Shown: piece after piece, positions 32,632-42,511 of the stretch
How positions within the stretch are numbered: position 1 is the first letter of the stretch
Layout of the letters: every line of letters begins with the position of its first letter
NCBI GenBank assembly: GCA_963754925.1
Contig: CAVWHX010000006.1
Coordinates: forward strand, 64,001 to 128,000
Direction: 5' to 3'
From: an uncultured delta proteobacterium
Lineage (GTDB): Bacteria; Myxococcota; B64-G9
Length of the DNA stretch: 64,000 nt
Translations under genes and position numbers: made by a program
Notes under the pieces: generated by a model
What the model was told of the DNA's origin: nothing
Database searches by the model: none
What the model saw: the letters and a program-made list of their open reading frames with translations, nothing else

Positions 32632-33702
32632 ATGAACAAGGCAACGAACAAATTCTTTTTTCATCTGACGCCGGATACGGTGCTCAAAGCCCTCGAGGTC
32701 AGCGGATTTAAACCTACCGGGCACTGCATGGCCCTAAACAGCTATGAGAATCGGGTGTACGATCTGAAGCTGACCGACGATTCACACGTTGTCGGCAAAT
32801 TCTACCGGCCCGGACGATGGAGTAGGGAACAGATACAGGAAGAGCACGCTTTTTTGTCCGAGCTCAAGGAAGACGAGATCCCCGTATGCGCCCCCCTTCA
32901 TTTCTCCGACGGGGAAACCATACACGAGATCGAGGGCATCTATTATGCGTTGTGGCCGCGTACCGGCGGGAGGGTGCCGGACGAGTTGAATGACGACGAG
33001 CTGCGGATGCTCGGCAGGCTGCTCGGCCGGATTCACAACCGGGGGGCCGCGAAAAATGCGGAGCACCGGATCCGGCTTACCGGAACATCCTATGGGCTGG
33101 AGCCGCTTGCCTTTCTGACTGAGCATGATTTTATTCCCCGGCAATTCCTGGACCGGTTCGGAAATGCCGTAAAAGAAATCGCCACAATTTACGATACTCT
33201 TTCCGCGGGGGTCCCGTTTTACCGGATACACGGCGATTGCCACCGGGGAAATCTTCTCAACGGGAACGATGGATTTTTTTTCTTGGATTTTGACGATTTT
33301 CTCACCGGTCCCGCGGTCCAAGACGTATGGATGCTGGTTCCGGCGCGGGACAAGGAAGGGCTCAGGCAGCGGGAAATATTCCTCGAGGCGTACGGGCTGT
33401 TTAGGGATTTCAATCCCTTGTGGCTGCGCCTGGTCGAACCGCTCAGGGCGCTGCGGTATATCAGGTACGCGGCATGGATAGCGCAGCGCTGGGACGATCC
33501 CGCGTTTCCGGCGGCTTTTCCGCACTTCGGCACGGTGCAGTACTGGGAGAAAGAGACCTTTGACCTTGAAGAACAACTGGAATATTTCCATAAAAATACC
33601 GAGGACCTGCCGGAAGGCATCAGAAGGCCCACGCCGCCCGAAGATGAAACCAAAGAGATGACCAACGCGGATTATTTCTGGGACTGGGAGGACAAGAAAT
33701 AA
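32632..33702 (+). CDS. srkA: Serine/threonine kinase, RdoA/YihE (SrkA) family
   Basis: LNSYENRVY, KFYRPGRWS, IHGDCHRGN, LDFDD, GPAVQDVWML, RWDDPAFP. Confidence 0.92.
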   Translation: MNKATNKFFFHLTPDTVLKALEVSGFKPTGHCMALNSYENRVYDLKLTDDSHVVGKFYRPGRWSREQIQEEHAFLSELKEDEIPVCAPLHFSDGETIHEIEGIYYALWPRTGGRVPDELNDDELRMLGRLLGRIHNRGAAKNAEHRIRLTGTSYGLEPLAFLTEHDFIPRQFLDRFGNAVKEIATIYDTLSAGVPFYRIHGDCHRGNLLNGNDGFFFLDFDDFLTGPAVQDVWMLVPARDKEGLRQREIFLEAYGLFRDFNPLWLRLVEPLRALRYIRYAAWIAQRWDDPAFPAAFPHFGTVQYWEKETFDLEEQLEYFHKNTEDLPEGIRRPTPPEDETKEMTNADYFWDWEDKK

Positions 33703-33731
33703 CTGGGTTAATCCATCACGGTGATTTCACT

Positions 33732-34307
33732 TCACCATACCCAAGGGATTAGTTTCTTTGTCTGAGTTTGATATTCTTTGTAGTCAGAACCTATGGATGC
33801 AACAAGAGTTAGCTCTTCGATGTGAATCCTATATATGAGAGCAATAAGTGGAAGTACCACCGCAAACGCTAACGATAGCCAGTTCTGAACAGCGATGCCA
33901 AAGCCGAAACACACTAATATCAATCCAGTGTATGAAGGGTGTCGCAGAATTCTGTAAGGACCAGTTCTGATTACCCGTTGCTCGGTATGTGTCTCAACAG
34001 TGGTACGGAATGATACGCCAAGCGTAACAACAGCCCAAATGCGCAATCCAAATCCCATCAGCATGATGCATAGCCCAATCCAGAAGCCAATTTCAGACCT
34101 GCCGCCCGGAAAGAAAAACGTGGCATTTCCGTGAATGATTCCTGCGATGGTAATACCAAGGAAAAGTGCGATGCCGTTGAAGTAGCGGGTCCCCCGGTCA
34201 TTTCCGGTTTTGCCTTTGCCCTGCATTCGATCTCGAACGACAAGCCACATCTCAAAAGAAATCCAAATTAATAAGATTATACATATTAAAATAACGTACT
34301 TGATCAT
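33732..34307 (-). CDS. Isoprenylcysteine carboxyl methyltransferase family membrane protein
   Basis: GPYRILRHPSYTG, RIHIEE, YKEYQ..LIPWVW. Confidence 0.88.
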   Translation of the reverse strand: MIKYVILICIILLIWISFEMWLVVRDRMQGKGKTGNDRGTRYFNGIALFLGITIAGIIHGNATFFFPGGRSEIGFWIGLCIMLMGFGLRIWAVVTLGVSFRTTVETHTEQRVIRTGPYRILRHPSYTGLILVCFGFGIAVQNWLSLAFAVVLPLIALIYRIHIEELTLVASIGSDYKEYQTQTKKLIPWVW

Positions 34308-34330
34308 CCTATATACCTCTCATGTCATCT

Positions 34331-34407
34331 GTCTAAGTGTCAAACGAGCACCCATTCTCGACTGCCGCCAAAGCGCTAGCGGCATCCTTCTGCAACTAAT
34401 GTTAGGT
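34331..34407 (-). other. Degenerate attC-like site
   Basis: Minus strand begins ACCTAACATTAGTTGCAG; central gccgc/gcggc stem; R' box degenerate. Confidence 0.45.
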
Positions 34408-34457
34408 ACCCCGCAACAGTAATTTGTAAACAACAATTTGAAGTATGGGCTAATTAT

Positions 34458-34954
34458 TCAAATTTCATAACACTCCACTATTTCTCCAAAATAGAGCGTA
34501 TGAAAATCGTTTTTCGGATAGAGTCGCTGACATTCCACATCCAGGAATGCGGGATTCATAGCGGATTTGTAGACGATTTTACATTCAAAGTGGATCCCCG
34601 ATATCTGAATGATCGGTGAAAGGGTCTTTTGCGCCGGACCCGGTTTCAGGCCGCATTCTTTGAATTTATCGTACGTTCGCCCCGATTTGGTCCCGCAAAA
34701 CATGAGCTCATCGTTCAGGTCGTCTTTTGGAAAGGACACCGTGAAATCCGCTGCATTTTCCATGATCCCAAAGGTGTGTCGAGAGTTGCGGACGGCAACC
34801 ATCATGATCGGCTTTGTCCAGACGATCCCCACCGTGGCCCAGCCGATGGTCATGGTGTTAAGTTGGGCTTCCGCCTTGACCGTTAAAAATGCCCCTTTTT
34901 AATTTGCGTCATCGCCTTTTCAGCGACCGACAGGTAATCTACACGATTCATCAT
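34458..34954 (-). CDS. Flavin reductase family protein, frameshifted near 34892-34900
   Basis: GAFLTVK, NTMTIGW, VRNSRHT, CGTKSGR, HTLYFGEI; N-terminus in another frame. Confidence 0.82.
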
Positions 34955-34987
34955 CAGCTCCTTGTGTCTTTCTTTGCCATGTTAATA

Positions 34988-35464
34988 CTACCTTTCAACT
35001 GGAATATACTGAAGTCGATTGACCAGGGTATCAATAAACGCCGCTTGTCCCTTTAATATTTTGATCTTTGCTTCCGCAACGCCAAACCATTGGCATCGGT
35101 CTATTTCTGGATATTTTTTGATAGTACCTGAATTAGCCGGCCACTCGAGCTCAAAAGTATTGCTAACTATTTTAGATACATCCAAGTCTTGTTCTGCAAC
35201 CCATGCAAATACAATCTTACCGCTTGGTTGCTTGAGAGATCCGAGCTCCATAAGTTCTCCCTCAACATCGAATCCCGTTTCTTCTTTGAATTCTCTCTTT
35301 GCAGCCTCTAGCGGTTCTTCATTCTCTTCGAATAAACCCTTGGGAATCGACCATGCCGCATCATCTTTTTTAGTCCAAAATGGGCCGCCGGGATGCGCCA
35401 GCATCACCCGAAGCTCACCATCTTCGTATTTATACAACAATATCCCGGCGCTTTTAGGAGCCAT
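34988..35464 (-). CDS. NUDIX hydrolase
   Basis: SAGILLY, HPGGPFW, WSIPKG, AAKREFKEETG Nudix box. Confidence 0.92.
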   Translation of the reverse strand: MAPKSAGILLYKYEDGELRVMLAHPGGPFWTKKDDAAWSIPKGLFEENEEPLEAAKREFKEETGFDVEGELMELGSLKQPSGKIVFAWVAEQDLDVSKIVSNTFELEWPANSGTIKKYPEIDRCQWFGVAEAKIKILKGQAAFIDTLVNRLQYIPVER

Positions 35465-35488
35465 GATGGTCGGACCCCTTTTTGACTT

Positions 35489-36136
35489 CTACTCCCACCT
35501 ACGTATTCTCCATCCTCGTTTCATCGCAATTCGTTCCAGCTTTTTATCGGGAGTAACGCACACGGGAATGCCGATCTCCTCGAGCAGCGGAAGGTCGTTG
35601 ATCGAATCTGCATAGTAGTAGCAATCCTTCATGCTAACACCCTGAGTTAAGCAATATTGTCGCGCCCGCGAAAGCTTCTCCCGGCCATGACAATAGCTGC
35701 CCTTCAGGTTGCCGGTAAAACGGCCGTCGATGAATTCAAGTTCGGTACAGATGACGTCATCCATACCCAAGGCGTTCTTGACCACCTCGCAGAAAAATGT
35801 CGTCGACGCCGAGAGTATGACGGTCCGGCCGCCATTGTCCCGATGCAATTGCACCTCCTTCCGCGCATCGTTGCGGATAACATTTTGCAGTTCCTTCACC
35901 CAATCGGAGGCGATAGGCGCGAACGTTTCTATACTCGTGCCGCGATACCATCCAACCCAGCGTCTAATTATCGATTCCTCGCTCATAATGCCTAAACGGT
36001 ACAACACGGTGAAAAGGAAGGCCTTGAAAATTTCCGTCCTACCGATGATTCCATGCCGGTATGATTCTCTGAACATGACCCGTCCGCTCGAGATGTTCAG
36101 GATGGTATGATCAAGATCGAAAAAGGCTATGTACAT
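35489..36136 (-). CDS. HAD-IB hydrolase (SerB-like)
   Basis: FFDLDHT, ILSAS, YADSINDLPLL. Confidence 0.9.
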   Translation of the reverse strand: MYIAFFDLDHTILNISSGRVMFRESYRHGIIGRTEIFKAFLFTVLYRLGIMSEESIIRRWVGWYRGTSIETFAPIASDWVKELQNVIRNDARKEVQLHRDNGGRTVILSASTTFFCEVVKNALGMDDVICTELEFIDGRFTGNLKGSYCHGREKLSRARQYCLTQGVSMKDCYYYADSINDLPLLEEIGIPVCVTPDKKLERIAMKRGWRIRRWE

Positions 36137-36295
36137 TGTTAACTAAAACCTATCGGTTAGGATCAAAGGGTCAGACCCCTTATTTTCACCTACGAAGTTA
36201 TTTGTTAGCACCTATTAATTCTAGCTTTTTCGTACATACCCTTTCGCTTAGTCTATAAGTAGTTCTATTTGATGCCATGGTTAGGTGCCTTGGCA

Positions 36296-36832
36296 CTATT
36301 TCATCCTTGATCGTAGCTTGATCCTATCGCCGGCAACCATAAAGTTGCCGCTTCCAAGATGATGAATCGTCCGCGGGTTTTTCACCATGGGGTCAATCCA
36401 TGCCTTGATGACCTCAACGACAAATAAACAATACGTGGCTACCATCTTTGTGTCAGCCACCCGGCACTCAAGATTTGCATAGCACTCATCAATGAGAGGC
36501 GCTCCGACGCGCGAAGCAGGCTTGGGTGTGAGACCAAAGGTCTCGAACTTGTCTATTTTCGCACCCGACGTATTGCCACAACCCACGACCTTTTCAGCTA
36601 TCTCTACCGTAGGAATGTTTATCACGCATTCGTTGGTCGCCTTCAAAAGGCCGAAGGAATAGTTGCGATTGCTGACCACGCAACCCACGAGCGGTGGCTC
36701 AAACTCGATCATGGTGTGCCATGACATAGTCATGATGTTTGGGTTCCCATCCCGGGCGGTCGTGACCATGACAACCGGCCCCGGCTCGAGCAAGCCATAG
36801 ACCTTGGAAAGAGGAAATGATTTCTTTGCCAT
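36296..36832 (-). CDS. Flavin reductase family protein
   Basis: LLEPGPVV, NIMTMSWH, CGNTSG, NLECRV; ATG of MAKK at 36832. Confidence 0.88.
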   Translation of the reverse strand: MAKKSFPLSKVYGLLEPGPVVMVTTARDGNPNIMTMSWHTMIEFEPPLVGCVVSNRNYSFGLLKATNECVINIPTVEIAEKVVGCGNTSGAKIDKFETFGLTPKPASRVGAPLIDECYANLECRVADTKMVATYCLFVVEVIKAWIDPMVKNPRTIHHLGSGNFMVAGDRIKLRSRMK

Positions 36833-36847
36833 GTTAATACCACCTTT

Positions 36848-36921
36848 AATCAACAATAGCCCGGCGCTCCGAGGAATCTTGATTCGCCCACAAGGATATC
36901 GGCTCCAACGCCTGGTTGGGT
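36848..36921 (-). other. attC-like site (degenerate)
   Basis: ACCCAAC CAGGCGTTGGAGCCG ... GTTGATT on minus strand, directly upstream of the flavin reductase gene. Confidence 0.55.
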
Positions 36922-37030
36922 CTACGCTGAAATTGCTATGCCGTGGTTTTGATCATCTGTCAATATCTCGAATGCGGCACCTCAAGCCATTCGGCCAATC
37001 GGTATTCTTGCTTGGCAACGGCATGCTGGT

Positions 37031-37068
37031 CCAAAAAGCTAACGGTCGAGTTGGGTGATTGGCCCGCA
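37031..37068. repeat. ~50-bp junction repeat, copy 1
   Basis: ccaaaaagctaacggtcgagttgggtgattggcccgca; also at 38411 and 40651. Confidence 0.88.
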
Positions 37069-37218
37069 GAACCGATTACTGACCTTTTACGAAAATTCTG
37101 ATCCATCTATGGCTTCTTTCTATCTTATATGCTACACCATTAGGGTCTCATCTCAAGAGAGCGCGGGTAATTCTGCCCATACCTCTTTCGTGGTGTTTCT
37201 TTCCTCAAGGAGGATTTT

Positions 37219-37542
37219 ATGGGCAAAAAACTCTATGTTGGTAATCTCCCGTATTCAGCAAACGATCAATTTTTGCTAGACCTATTTGCTCAATGCGGAA
37301 CTGTCGAATCAGCCAAGGTCATCACTGATCGCGAAACCGGCCGAAGCAAGGGCTTTGGCTTTGTCGAGATGTCAACGGACGCCGAGGCTACCGCGGCCAT
37401 TCAAAAATTCAACGGTATGGATCAAGAAGGACGGGCTATGGCCGTCAACGAGGCTCGGCCAATGGAGCGAAGAGACGACCGTCGGGGGGGATATGAGGGA
37501 GGAGGCAGAGGGGGTGGCGGAGGTGGACGTAATCGGTATTAG
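37219..37542 (+). CDS. RRM RNA-binding protein with Gly-rich tail
   Basis: KLYVGNL, SKGFGFVEM, VNEARP, RGG tail. Confidence 0.95.
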   Translation: MGKKLYVGNLPYSANDQFLLDLFAQCGTVESAKVITDRETGRSKGFGFVEMSTDAEATAAIQKFNGMDQEGRAMAVNEARPMERRDDRRGGYEGGGRGGGGGGRNRY

Positions 37543-37572
37543 TAAACGTCTAACACTATCCATTTGATGAGC

Positions 37573-37938
37573 TCAGCCGGCGAGACCCCTGCCCAGACAC
37601 TCGGCCTTCTCCAGCAATGTCTTCAATTCGCGTGAGGGATCCCGCCTGCTGTCTCCGTGATTGGCCGCGCGCCGCACTGCGTCCAGAGCCCGCATGAACT
37701 CAAAGTTGTTCGTGCCGCCCGTGGTGAGGAGCTCGTGCAGCTTGCGGACGCGGTGTTTCAGATCTTTGTAGTTTTGGTTCACGGGGTCCTCCACGAGTTC
37801 GTGTGCTTCGGGTGCGGTGTCAGCGCTATTGGGAATCCTCTTTCGGTTCCGAGAGCGCAGGAATCGTCTTGGAAGCGACAAGAAGATTGATGCGTTGGCG
37901 AAACGTAAATTACTCAAAGGAACCGTATCACATTCCAC
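37573..37938 (-). CDS. Hypothetical protein (start uncertain)
   Basis: Open frame with helical character; no recognised motif. Confidence 0.35.
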   Translation of the reverse strand: MECDTVPLSNLRFANASIFLSLPRRFLRSRNRKRIPNSADTAPEAHELVEDPVNQNYKDLKHRVRKLHELLTTGGTNNFEFMRALDAVRRAANHGDSRRDPSRELKTLLEKAECLGRGLAG

Positions 37939-38033
37939 CAGCGATGTACACCATCCTCCGTCTCCAGTTTCTAGAATTCCCTTCGGTCATGACGGGTTCT
38001 AAATTGGTGATGTAATTTTTAACGAAGGACCAA

Positions 38034-38327
38034 TTAGGCGACCCGGAACCTAACTTCCACTTCAACATCCTCGTTCAGTTTTTCAAGGATCATTATCATG
38101 CGATCCATGGTGAACCGATCCAAGCGCGCGTTGCGGATGCGCGAAAACTCCGAGTGAGAGATGCCCGTTCGTCTTTCAGCCTCGCGTGTTGATAAACCAC
38201 GCTCGTCAAGCGTCTGAATGATCTTGGCTGCAAGAATTGCACGAGCTTGTTTAAGACCGGAATGCTCGCGACCTAAATCACGAAATACGTTGCCGCTGCC
38301 GCGAACGAGTTCAGAATCTTTTTTCAT
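38034..38327 (-). CDS. XRE-family HTH antitoxin-like protein
   Basis: GSGNVFRDLG, HTH with FSRIR..RFTMDRM. Confidence 0.85.
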   Translation of the reverse strand: MKKDSELVRGSGNVFRDLGREHSGLKQARAILAAKIIQTLDERGLSTREAERRTGISHSEFSRIRNARLDRFTMDRMIMILEKLNEDVEVEVRFRVA

Positions 38328-38400
38328 TGTAAAATCTCCTTCAGTCGTTTCAGGCGTTCACGGATAAGATTGACTTCCATTAGAGGCGTTTCTCCGCCAA
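38324..38400 (-). pseudogene. 3' remnant of a RelE/gp49-like toxin gene
   Basis: TPLMEVNLIRERLKRLKEILQ* overlaps the HTH start (ATGA); 5' part replaced near the 38411 repeat. Confidence 0.6.
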
Positions 38401-38410
38401 CATCATGGCT

Positions 38411-38444
38411 GTGTGTAGCGGATCCAAAAAGCTAACGGTCGAGT
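38411..38444. repeat. ~50-bp junction repeat, copy 2 (partial)
   Basis: gtgtgtagcggatccaaaaagctaacggtcgagt. Confidence 0.88.
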
Positions 38445-38676
38445 AGCCTTGCACAAGGCCGATCGAATTTCAAGCGAAGTCGAGCAGATCCTTGAGGGGG
38501 AGTGAAGCGGCTTGGTATCTCTGGCATGTGCTGGGGCAAGAGACGTGGTCCTGTGAGGGTGCTCAGAGAAGAAGACCTGTTTTGACATTTCTATCCTCGA
38601 TGATTAGGTAGACGTGGTACCTGTGCGCGGGATTGACCGAAAGAAATCCAGCGCCAGCCAGGAGGAGGGAGTGAAA

Positions 38677-39195
38677 ATGCGGATAAATAAAATATTTTTA
38701 CTGGTAGTCGTGCTCGCGACTACTGCCGTGTTCGCTATGGAGCAAGGCGAGGGCAAGAAGTCGGTCGTGCCGCAGACGTCCGAGTGGAAGAAGCTCACGT
38801 CGCTGGTCGGCGAGTGGGAGGGAGTGATGGACATGAACGGCAAGCCGATGGCGACCAAGCTGGAGATCCGCATGACCGGCGACGGCTCTGCGATCATGCA
38901 CCTGATGGACAAGGATTCGTCGCACGAGATGCTCACCATGATTTATCCGGACGGCAAACGGCTGCTGGCGACGCACTACTGTGCCGCGCACAATCAGCCG
39001 CGAATGGCGATGGTTCCGTCGAAGGCGCCTAACCAAGTCGCGTTCGAATTTGTGGACGGGACAAACATTGGTCCGGGGGAGGGCTATATGAAGGGCGTCG
39101 TCTTCACGTTCATTGACGCGGATCACCACGAAGAGGCTTGGACCAACTCATCGAGCCCCGCCGCATTTGTCTTCAAATACACGCGAAAGAAGTAA
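38677..39195 (+). CDS. Secreted hypothetical protein
   Basis: Signal peptide (AVFA), LVGEWEG, THYCAAHNQPRM; GGAGGAGGGAG RBS. Confidence 0.75.
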   Translation: MRINKIFLLVVVLATTAVFAMEQGEGKKSVVPQTSEWKKLTSLVGEWEGVMDMNGKPMATKLEIRMTGDGSAIMHLMDKDSSHEMLTMIYPDGKRLLATHYCAAHNQPRMAMVPSKAPNQVAFEFVDGTNIGPGEGYMKGVVFTFIDADHHEEAWTNSSSPAAFVFKYTRKK

Positions 39196-39229
39196 TACGG
39201 GGTCAAAACCATCCTCCGTCCCCAGTTAC

Positions 39230-40417
39230 TTACACCGGTTCGGTTGGTTGAGGAATCGCTTTTCTCTCGGTCGCCCAGAGTTCGTCAAGAAACATCTGCC
39301 AGGGAAGAATTTCGATTCTGTCGATCTTCCTCGGGGCGGCTTCCCGGCATACGAGGATGAGTCGTTTCATGGCTCCCTCTTCATCGAGTGCCTTCAGACC
39401 GTTGAGGTGCCTCTCCGTCACGTGCGTGGTCGTCTTGGTCTCAATGGCGGTGGACTCGTCGAGAATGAAATCGACCTCGAAGCCGGATTTTGAGCGCCAG
39501 TAATGGAGCGGCATGCGCGGATGAGTAATGTCAATCCAGGCCCTCAGCTCCAGAAAAATAAAGTGCTCGAAGAACTCCCCATACTCAGTATTGGCCGGGG
39601 TAATCTGCTTCAGGCGCCGCAAGGCCCGCACCACCCCCAGGTCGAAGAAATAGAACTTGGGTGTGCCGATGGCCTTGCGCTTGACTGTCTTGCAATAGGG
39701 TTCGAGATTGAACCCGAGGAGTGTGTCCTTGAGCACCTGGAAATAGTTCTGCACCGTCTGGCGTGAAACCTGCGCATCGCTGCCGATGGATGCCGCGTTG
39801 ACAAGCTGGGCGTTGGCTGTGGCAGCAACTTGTAAGAAGCGCGCGAATGCCGGGATGTTCCGCGCGATGCCTTCGGCGGCGATCTCCTCGGTCAGATACC
39901 GGCTGACATAGGCATCGAGCGCTTCTTCCGGATCTGACGAGAAATAGTGACTGGGGATGAGGCCGGAGTTCATGGCGCGCTCGAGCGAGAAGCCGTGTTC
40001 CTTCACCTCGCGGTACACAAAAGGATGCATCCTGCGATCGCGCCCACGTCCGCCGAGGAGGTTGGTGCCCGCACGCCGGAGCTTACGCGCACTCGATCCG
40101 GTAAGCAAAAAGCGAATGCCACGCTCCTCAATAAGCAGTTGGACCTCGTCGAGCAACTCCGGACATTTTTGAATTTCATCGATGCATACCACGGTGTTCT
40201 TTAGGTTAAGTGCCGCGATCTGCTGGCGCATTTCAGTCGGATCCGCGAGCAAGCGAAGCAGCAGCCCGTGATCGAGCAAGTTGAAAGTTAGGGCAACATC
40301 CTTTCCCAATTGCTCACGGACATACGTGGACTTTCCCGTCTGTCGTGGACCGAAAAGAAATACTGTGTTTTCGAGTAGTAACCGCGACAGTTCCAACATT
40401 CTTTGGACATAGACCAT
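39230..40417 (-). CDS. AAA_14 ATPase with DUF4143 (PD-(D/E)xK-like) C-terminus
   Basis: GPRQTGKS, IDEIQK, LTGSS, PKFYFFDLG, EVDF, AIETK. Confidence 0.9.
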   Translation of the reverse strand: MVYVQRMLELSRLLLENTVFLFGPRQTGKSTYVREQLGKDVALTFNLLDHGLLLRLLADPTEMRQQIAALNLKNTVVCIDEIQKCPELLDEVQLLIEERGIRFLLTGSSARKLRRAGTNLLGGRGRDRRMHPFVYREVKEHGFSLERAMNSGLIPSHYFSSDPEEALDAYVSRYLTEEIAAEGIARNIPAFARFLQVAATANAQLVNAASIGSDAQVSRQTVQNYFQVLKDTLLGFNLEPYCKTVKRKAIGTPKFYFFDLGVVRALRRLKQITPANTEYGEFFEHFIFLELRAWIDITHPRMPLHYWRSKSGFEVDFILDESTAIETKTTTHVTERHLNGLKALDEEGAMKRLILVCREAAPRKIDRIEILPWQMFLDELWATERKAIPQPTEPV

Positions 40418-40455
40418 GTTCTCTCCCTCTCCCACAAACACTATTTGCCATTATC

Positions 40456-40484
40456 ATAATAAACGCTAATAGCATTTGCGTCAA
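40456..40484 (-). promoter_or_regulatory. Sigma70-like promoter of the DUF4143 ATPase
   Basis: TTGACG-17 nt-TATTAT. Confidence 0.5.
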
Positions 40485-40650
40485 CTGGAATGTCAGGCCA
40501 TCAATGTGCCATCCGGCTTTGGGGTCGATCCCTACCGGACGCGTGATAACGGCAGGCAAAGAGACATGCCCTTTTCAACTTATTAACAATTGGTTACCGA
40601 TCTGGTTACCGATCGGCTGGCACCTTGGAGGGGGATTTTGGGACTAAAGA

Positions 40651-40701
40651 GTGTGTAGCGGAGCCAAAAAGCTAACGGGCGAGTTGGGTGATTGGCCCGC
40701 A
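40651..40701. repeat. ~50-bp junction repeat, copy 3 (longest)
   Basis: gtgtgtagcggagccaaaaagctaacgggcgagttgggtgattggcccgca. Confidence 0.88.
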
Positions 40702-40836
40702 AAAAGAAGCTCTCATAATGTCCTTAGGTTTGATTATAAGAACGGGCGTGATTGACCTGTTGGCAGAACTCTTGTATCTCATTTTGCACGGCGCCTCTGC
40801 TACATTTTCTTACTATTCGCCTAAGTGTCAAGTGAC

Positions 40837-42440
40837 GGGGGCCTGTTGCCCGAATAACTTTTTATCGTGCTCATCCATTCATCCCTATGCTGGATCTGTT
40901 TGTATGACACAAATAACCCGCACTTCTTTGATGTACCAGAATAAGCGATGTACATTGCACCGAAACTTCTGAAGACCTGACATCAACAGATCATAGCTCC
41001 AATCTGAATGAAGACTGGCCGCCGCGTAACAGCGCTTGTTGCGGTGTTTGATCAACTTGGTGATGTTCTGTATGGTGCAGATAAGATAGTTCTGGATTTC
41101 TACTCGCCACAGTCGGCGCCAGCGCGCGCGTTTGTAACCGTATCGCTTCGCCGCGCCAAACGACCCTTCGCACACGTGCTGCCGACGCTTGAGATCCAGA
41201 CGCGACAACGTCGATTTCGAAGCTCTCACCATCTCGTCCAACTCATCCTGACGGAGATGTCGGCCGACTGTGCGACCCGACTTGCTCGTCGTGCACTGGT
41301 CTCTCAATTCGCACATCGCGCAGATTCGCTTCGAAGCGGCATATTCTATGCTCTGCCGACGGGCGTGCACGGTCCTACGCCGTAGCTCCTGGCCCGCGGG
41401 GCACACAAACACGTCCCGTTTGGCGTCAAACACAAAGCGCTCTTCCATAAACAGGCCGCGCTTCTCCAAACGCTTGTCCGTACCTCCCTGAAATGCCGGA
41501 ATGTGTGCCTGAATCCCCGCATCCCGGCACGCCAGGTAGTTCTCTTTCGTTCCATACTTGCTGTCTGCAACTACCGTCTGAACCGACTCCCCCGTGGTCG
41601 CCTCGTGGTCTTCCTTAAGCACCATCAATAACTGGTCTTCGCTTACATCACCCGGGGTCAACGCCGTCGCTGTGATAATCTCGCTGCTGCCTTCGACCGC
41701 TCGATGACTCTGGTACCGCAACTTCGACTCCCCGCGCTTCATCAACGCCGCATCCGGATCGGTTGCCGATACATAGCGCAGGTTCTCTTCGGTGTACGGT
41801 CCCGGTTCTCTCGCGCTCGGCGCTTCGTCGAGCCGTGCTTCGAGTTGCCGATACTTCTTTGACAGCTGCTCGTTCAGGTCTCTCGTATCCACAACCGAGT
41901 CCTGCGAAGCATCCGCATCGATAAGGCTCGCATCGACGAATATCTTGCGCCCGTCAACCAGTCCAGCCGCAACACACTGCCTCACCACGCGCTCAAAGAA
42001 ACGCTGGAACAACTCACGTCCCCAGCGCTTCCGGGCTTTCGAAAGCACGCTGTGGTTCGGTACTTCATCATCCAGATCGTAGCCAAGGAACCACAACCAA
42101 TCGAGTCGCTCCGGTAGCGTCTCCATCAGCTCGCGCTCGGAACGAACATTGTAGAACACCAATAGAAGCATGAGCTTGAGCAGAACAGGAGGAGGCACCG
42201 AGACGTTGCCGTTATCGCCGTATGTTTCCACCACTTCTTTGTAGGTGAAATCGAAATCGACAACCGTGCTAATCTTCCTCAGAGGATGGTCACGTCGCAC
42301 TCGCTTGTCCAACTGGAATCCGGTATAGAAGAGTTTGGACTGCGGGGGTGGCTGATGTCCCATCATCGAAGCACCTCCTGGATGCTCCAGATGATATCAT
42401 TTTTGATCGAGAATGCTATTGGTTTGGGCAACAGGCCCCC
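40837..42440 (-). mobile_element. IS1182-family insertion sequence
   Basis: Perfect 15-bp terminal inverted repeats GGGGGCCTGTTGCCC / GGGCAACAGGCCCCC around a DDE transposase; no clear target duplication. Confidence 0.88.
40885..42366 (-). CDS. IS1182-family transposase
   Basis: DHPLR, SEREL, PNHSVLS, VDASLIDADAS, TDPDA, ADSKY, CPAG zinc insert, EGSFG. Confidence 0.9.
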   Translation of the reverse strand: MMGHQPPPQSKLFYTGFQLDKRVRRDHPLRKISTVVDFDFTYKEVVETYGDNGNVSVPPPVLLKLMLLLVFYNVRSERELMETLPERLDWLWFLGYDLDDEVPNHSVLSKARKRWGRELFQRFFERVVRQCVAAGLVDGRKIFVDASLIDADASQDSVVDTRDLNEQLSKKYRQLEARLDEAPSAREPGPYTEENLRYVSATDPDAALMKRGESKLRYQSHRAVEGSSEIITATALTPGDVSEDQLLMVLKEDHEATTGESVQTVVADSKYGTKENYLACRDAGIQAHIPAFQGGTDKRLEKRGLFMEERFVFDAKRDVFVCPAGQELRRRTVHARRQSIEYAASKRICAMCELRDQCTTSKSGRTVGRHLRQDELDEMVRASKSTLSRLDLKRRQHVCEGSFGAAKRYGYKRARWRRLWRVEIQNYLICTIQNITKLIKHRNKRCYAAASLHSDWSYDLLMSGLQKFRCNVHRLFWYIKEVRVICVIQTDPA

Positions 42441-42454
42441 AGGGGCTGACCTCC

Positions 42455-42511
42455 TATCGAAGGAACTCAGCCGCGCCAACGACGTCGGCTGGAATGACTT
42501 GTCATCTTTCT
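42455..42511 (-). other. Truncated attC of the nuclease cassette
   Basis: tcagccg...cggctgg stem at the gene stop; R'' has GAC for AAC; R' end replaced by ggggctgacctcctat junction motif. Confidence 0.55.

Noticed and set aside
40591..40614. Tandem TGGTTACCGATC x2
   Set aside because: Only two units, no context; likely local slippage
40831..42446. Target-site duplication around IS1182
   Set aside because: Flanks (agtgac and aggggc) show no direct repeat
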